Of a stretch of DNA of 64,000 bases, positions 63,701 to 64,000 are shown piece by piece. Position numbers and translations under genes: made by a program. Numbering within the stretch: the first letter of the stretch is position 1; each line of letters opens with the position of its first letter. The notes under the pieces were generated by a model. It saw only the letters and a list, made by a program, of their open reading frames with translations, was not told the origin of the DNA and made no database searches. This stretch comes from Perkinsus olseni (lineage: Eukaryota): NCBI GenBank assembly GCA_013115125.1, contig JABANN010000010.1:1-64000 (forward strand). The letters are read 5' to 3'.

Positions 63701-63892
63701 ATGAGAGTGAGCGCCGATGGAAAGACTACGTCAGTCGATGTCCTGATAACGGAGGTTCAAATGGATCGTTATATGGCCAAGTTCCATGGGCAAAGTCGTC
63801 GGATGAGGCTCGAAGCTAACAAGGAGAAGAGAATTTTAGAGGCAGAACGTCGTGTACTGATCGACAGTAGCGAAGACGAGACGAAAGATTGA
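60761..63892 (+). CDS. hflX: HflX-family GTPase (GTPBP6-like), spliced; start approximate
   Basis: LTQNQIQHLE, VVDRQRVVLEVFALRAKT, IALVGYTNSGKT, DLLFQT, DGVGFIRDLP, FYATIEE, ILHVRD, WNKVD, VSAKDG. Confidence 0.92.
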
Positions 63893-64000
63893 TCGCCATG
63901 TTTCTACTGATGTGTTTCTTACCTCTCGTTGTGTTGAAGATATGCCCCAATCGGCGATGGCGAGTAGGTACCGGTTTAATGTGATCAATGCGCAATTCTC

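Noticed and set aside
255-63892. Most short ORFs in the six-frame track
   Set aside because: They are antisense or off-frame shadows of spliced genes, or exon-plus-intron read-throughs
1-64000. CRISPR array, rRNA, spliceosomal snRNA or spliced-leader (CCGTAGCCAT...GGCTCAAG) copies
   Set aside because: None seen on reading by eye; degenerate copies could have been missed

Overview
Gene-dense, intron-rich eukaryotic DNA with many 40-90 nt GT-AG introns and very short intergenic spacers. Style and gene content suggest an alveolate protist, probably Perkinsus; this is inference, not a database match. Recognisable spliced genes in order: Mei2-like RRM protein, trans-2,3-enoyl-CoA reductase, a 72-aa RING microprotein absent from the ORF track, epsin/ENTH protein, CEP164-like WW protein, a PP2C phosphatase fused to a Pin1-type parvulin, a transcriptional cyclin, PI31, a DHHC palmitoyltransferase, ARL2, two tandem ZW10-like genes (one partial), a SAM methyltransferase, glycyl-tRNA synthetase, an RTEL1/FANCJ-type helicase, CEP41 and an HflX GTPase. 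A tRNA-Leu(CAA) gene lies antisense inside a helicase intron. Two decayed reverse-transcriptase remnants (DIRS/Ngaro-like) and several strongly hairpinned or palindromic non-coding segments are present. Exon boundaries were read by eye, so the ends of hypothetical genes are approximate.
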